This document shows, piece by piece, positions 62,468 through 64,000 of a stretch of 64,000 bases of DNA (the first letter of the stretch is position 1; every line of letters begins with the position of its first letter). The stretch lies in NCBI GenBank assembly GCA_965209055.1, contig OZ242374.1, positions 5,056,001-5,120,000 on the forward strand. Reading direction: 5' to 3'. This DNA is from Acidobacteriota bacterium. GTDB lineage: Bacteria; Acidobacteriota; UBA6911; RPQK01; JAJDTT01. A model generated the notes under the pieces. The model saw nothing but the letters and a program-made list of their open reading frames with translations, was not told where the DNA came from and searched no databases. A program made the translations under genes and the position numbers.

Positions 62468-62497
62468 AATCTACCGAACGGACCCGTTCCTTGTCAA
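62468..62497 (-). promoter_or_regulatory. sigma70 promoter of the rplM operon
   Basis: Minus strand TTGACA-N18-TAGATT. Confidence 0.6.
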
Positions 62498-62563
62498 GGC
62501 AGCGCCCTGTCGAATTGCTTTGGGTTCGCGTTCCAGGCAGTTGGGACGTTCAGGACATTGAAG

Positions 62564-63082
62564 ATGAACGGAACCCACAAACGATCGGCGATTCTGGCGG
62601 CGCCGGGGCGCGAACTGCTGATCCTGGCGGCCGCATGCTGCATCCTCGTGGGAACCGCCGTCTGGCACCAGTCGCTGGACTCCCGGACAGACGCGGGCGA
62701 AACCAGGCTGGCGGCGATCGGCGACGGTCGAGGGAGACTGGAAGCAGTTCTGAAGAGGGTCCGGCGCTGGGAAGAGGCGGTCGAAGTCCTGATCCGGTGC
62801 CGCGACCGGGTCCGGGAACTCAAGATCCGTCAGGCATCCCCTCTTTCGCTGTGGAACCGGCTCATGGACCGGTTCCCGTCCGGGGAGGAACTATCCCTGC
62901 ACCGTCTGGATTGGGAGGACGGAACACTGACTCTCGAGGGAACCGCCGCGACACCCTCCGCCGCCGGGACTCTGCTGGACCGTCTGGATCCGGGCGCCGG
63001 ATTTTCCAAAGTGGAACTGCGATCCCTGGAACAAACAGGGAACACCGTCCAATTCGCCGTCACTGCCCGAACCGGGCACTGA
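62564..63082 (+). CDS. PilN-like type IV pilus assembly protein
   Basis: TM plus coiled coil plus L.L.G.A...F..V.L fold; upstream of pilO. Confidence 0.6.
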   Translation: MNGTHKRSAILAAPGRELLILAAACCILVGTAVWHQSLDSRTDAGETRLAAIGDGRGRLEAVLKRVRRWEEAVEVLIRCRDRVRELKIRQASPLSLWNRLMDRFPSGEELSLHRLDWEDGTLTLEGTAATPSAAGTLLDRLDPGAGFSKVELRSLEQTGNTVQFAVTARTGH

Positions 63083-63097
63083 CCGGGATACGCGAGT

Positions 63098-63697
63098 ATG
63101 GAGAGGCTTCGTCGAAAGGTCCGCCAAAAACCTGCCCTTTCCCTGTCCGTCATGGGACTTCTCCTGGCGGGTTCCATCTATGCTTCGACGATCCGTCCGC
63201 TCCAATTCCGCCTCGAGGGGCTGGAGCAGGAATTTCTGCGGGCACGGACCCATCAAAATCAGACCGACTCGGCCCTGGATCGCCTCACGAGGCTCAAGGA
63301 AGAATTCGGCGAGCACCGCACGCTCCTCCAGGACGAGGGAGGACCGGCCGAGGGGGAGACTTCCGGTTCCGAGGCCATCAGTCAAATCGTACGGCTGGCT
63401 CTCCAACGTGGTCTGCGTCCCACACGAGTCTCTCCCTCGACCCCGGTCGTGGAGGAATTCCTGACCCATTGGCCATTGGACCTGGTCGTGGCGGGAGGAT
63501 TTCACGGTCTGGGCCGATTCTTTCAGGATCTCGCGGAACTGGATGAGATCGTCAACGTCCGAAGACTGTCCATCAGCCGCCGGGACCCTTCCCTTCCGGC
63601 GATGACTCTGGACGCTTCCATCTCCCTGACCTTCTTCCGGATCAACCTGCAGGACTTCGACCCGGACCAGGAGCTGGAGCAGGAGGAGGCGCCATGA
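63098..63697 (+). CDS. pilO: Type IV pilus assembly protein PilO
   Basis: TM, coiled coil, P..L.V.GGFH.L..FF..LA.L..IVN. Confidence 0.8.
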   Translation: MERLRRKVRQKPALSLSVMGLLLAGSIYASTIRPLQFRLEGLEQEFLRARTHQNQTDSALDRLTRLKEEFGEHRTLLQDEGGPAEGETSGSEAISQIVRLALQRGLRPTRVSPSTPVVEEFLTHWPLDLVVAGGFHGLGRFFQDLAELDEIVNVRRLSISRRDPSLPAMTLDASISLTFFRINLQDFDPDQELEQEEAP

Positions 63698-64000
63698 TCC
63701 TGGTCCCGCTCCTCCGGTTCGGCGTGTTCCTCAGCCTGGCGGTTGTCAGCCCAAAAAGTCCGGCCGTCTACTCGCCCCAAGGAAAGCCAGACCCGTTCGA
63801 GCCTCGAAACCAGGAGCATCACCACACGATGGAGACTCCATTGACGGCACCCTTGCGGCAACTCGCGATTTCCGAATTGGTGATTGTAGGGACAGCCGTG
63901 GGGAAACTCGGCGTTTTCGTCCTGGTCCAAGGAGCCGACCGCTTGACCCACCTGGCTCCCATGAAAGCCCGATTCGCCGACGGGCACTTGGTGGAGGTCT
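63694..64000 (+). CDS. PilP-like protein (3' partial)
   Basis: ATGA overlap with pilO; Y.P.GK.DPF.P...PL....ISEL..VG. Confidence 0.6.
   Translation, partial: MILVPLLRFGVFLSLAVVSPKSPAVYSPQGKPDPFEPRNQEHHHTMETPLTAPLRQLAISELVIVGTAVGKLGVFVLVQGADRLTHLAPMKARFADGHLVEV

Overview
High-GC bacterial chromosomal window. An Acidobacteriota affiliation is inferred from the rplM-rpsI-rpsB-tsf-pyrH-frr gene order and the protein styles, and the LRR and Sel1 secreted proteins suggest a host-associated lineage such as a sponge symbiont. The right third is housekeeping: his operon with a TrpR/YerC-type regulator, 2-oxoacid:ferredoxin oxidoreductase, carAB, lepB, translation genes and pilNOP. The middle holds catabolic genes, a two-AcrB RND system, a TPP riboswitch with thiC, two IS5 copies and an IS1202-like remnant. 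The best candidate for an undescribed system is a compositionally distinct cassette at about 2.5-5.5 kb: lexA, then a spore-photoproduct-lyase-like radical SAM enzyme that appears to lack the SPL Cys/Tyr relay residues, then a TcmP-family methyltransferase-fold gene broken by a 2-nt duplication. Its predicted leaderless sigma70 promoter has a perfect 22-bp palindrome spanning the spacer, an IS5 sits just upstream of the -35, and a 24-bp imperfect inverted repeat brackets the unit. Also seen: three REP-like doublet elements with covarying hairpins, an IS5-split secreted tandem-Cache protein, and a small cluster of DnaA boxes. All family assignments come from motif recognition, not database searches.
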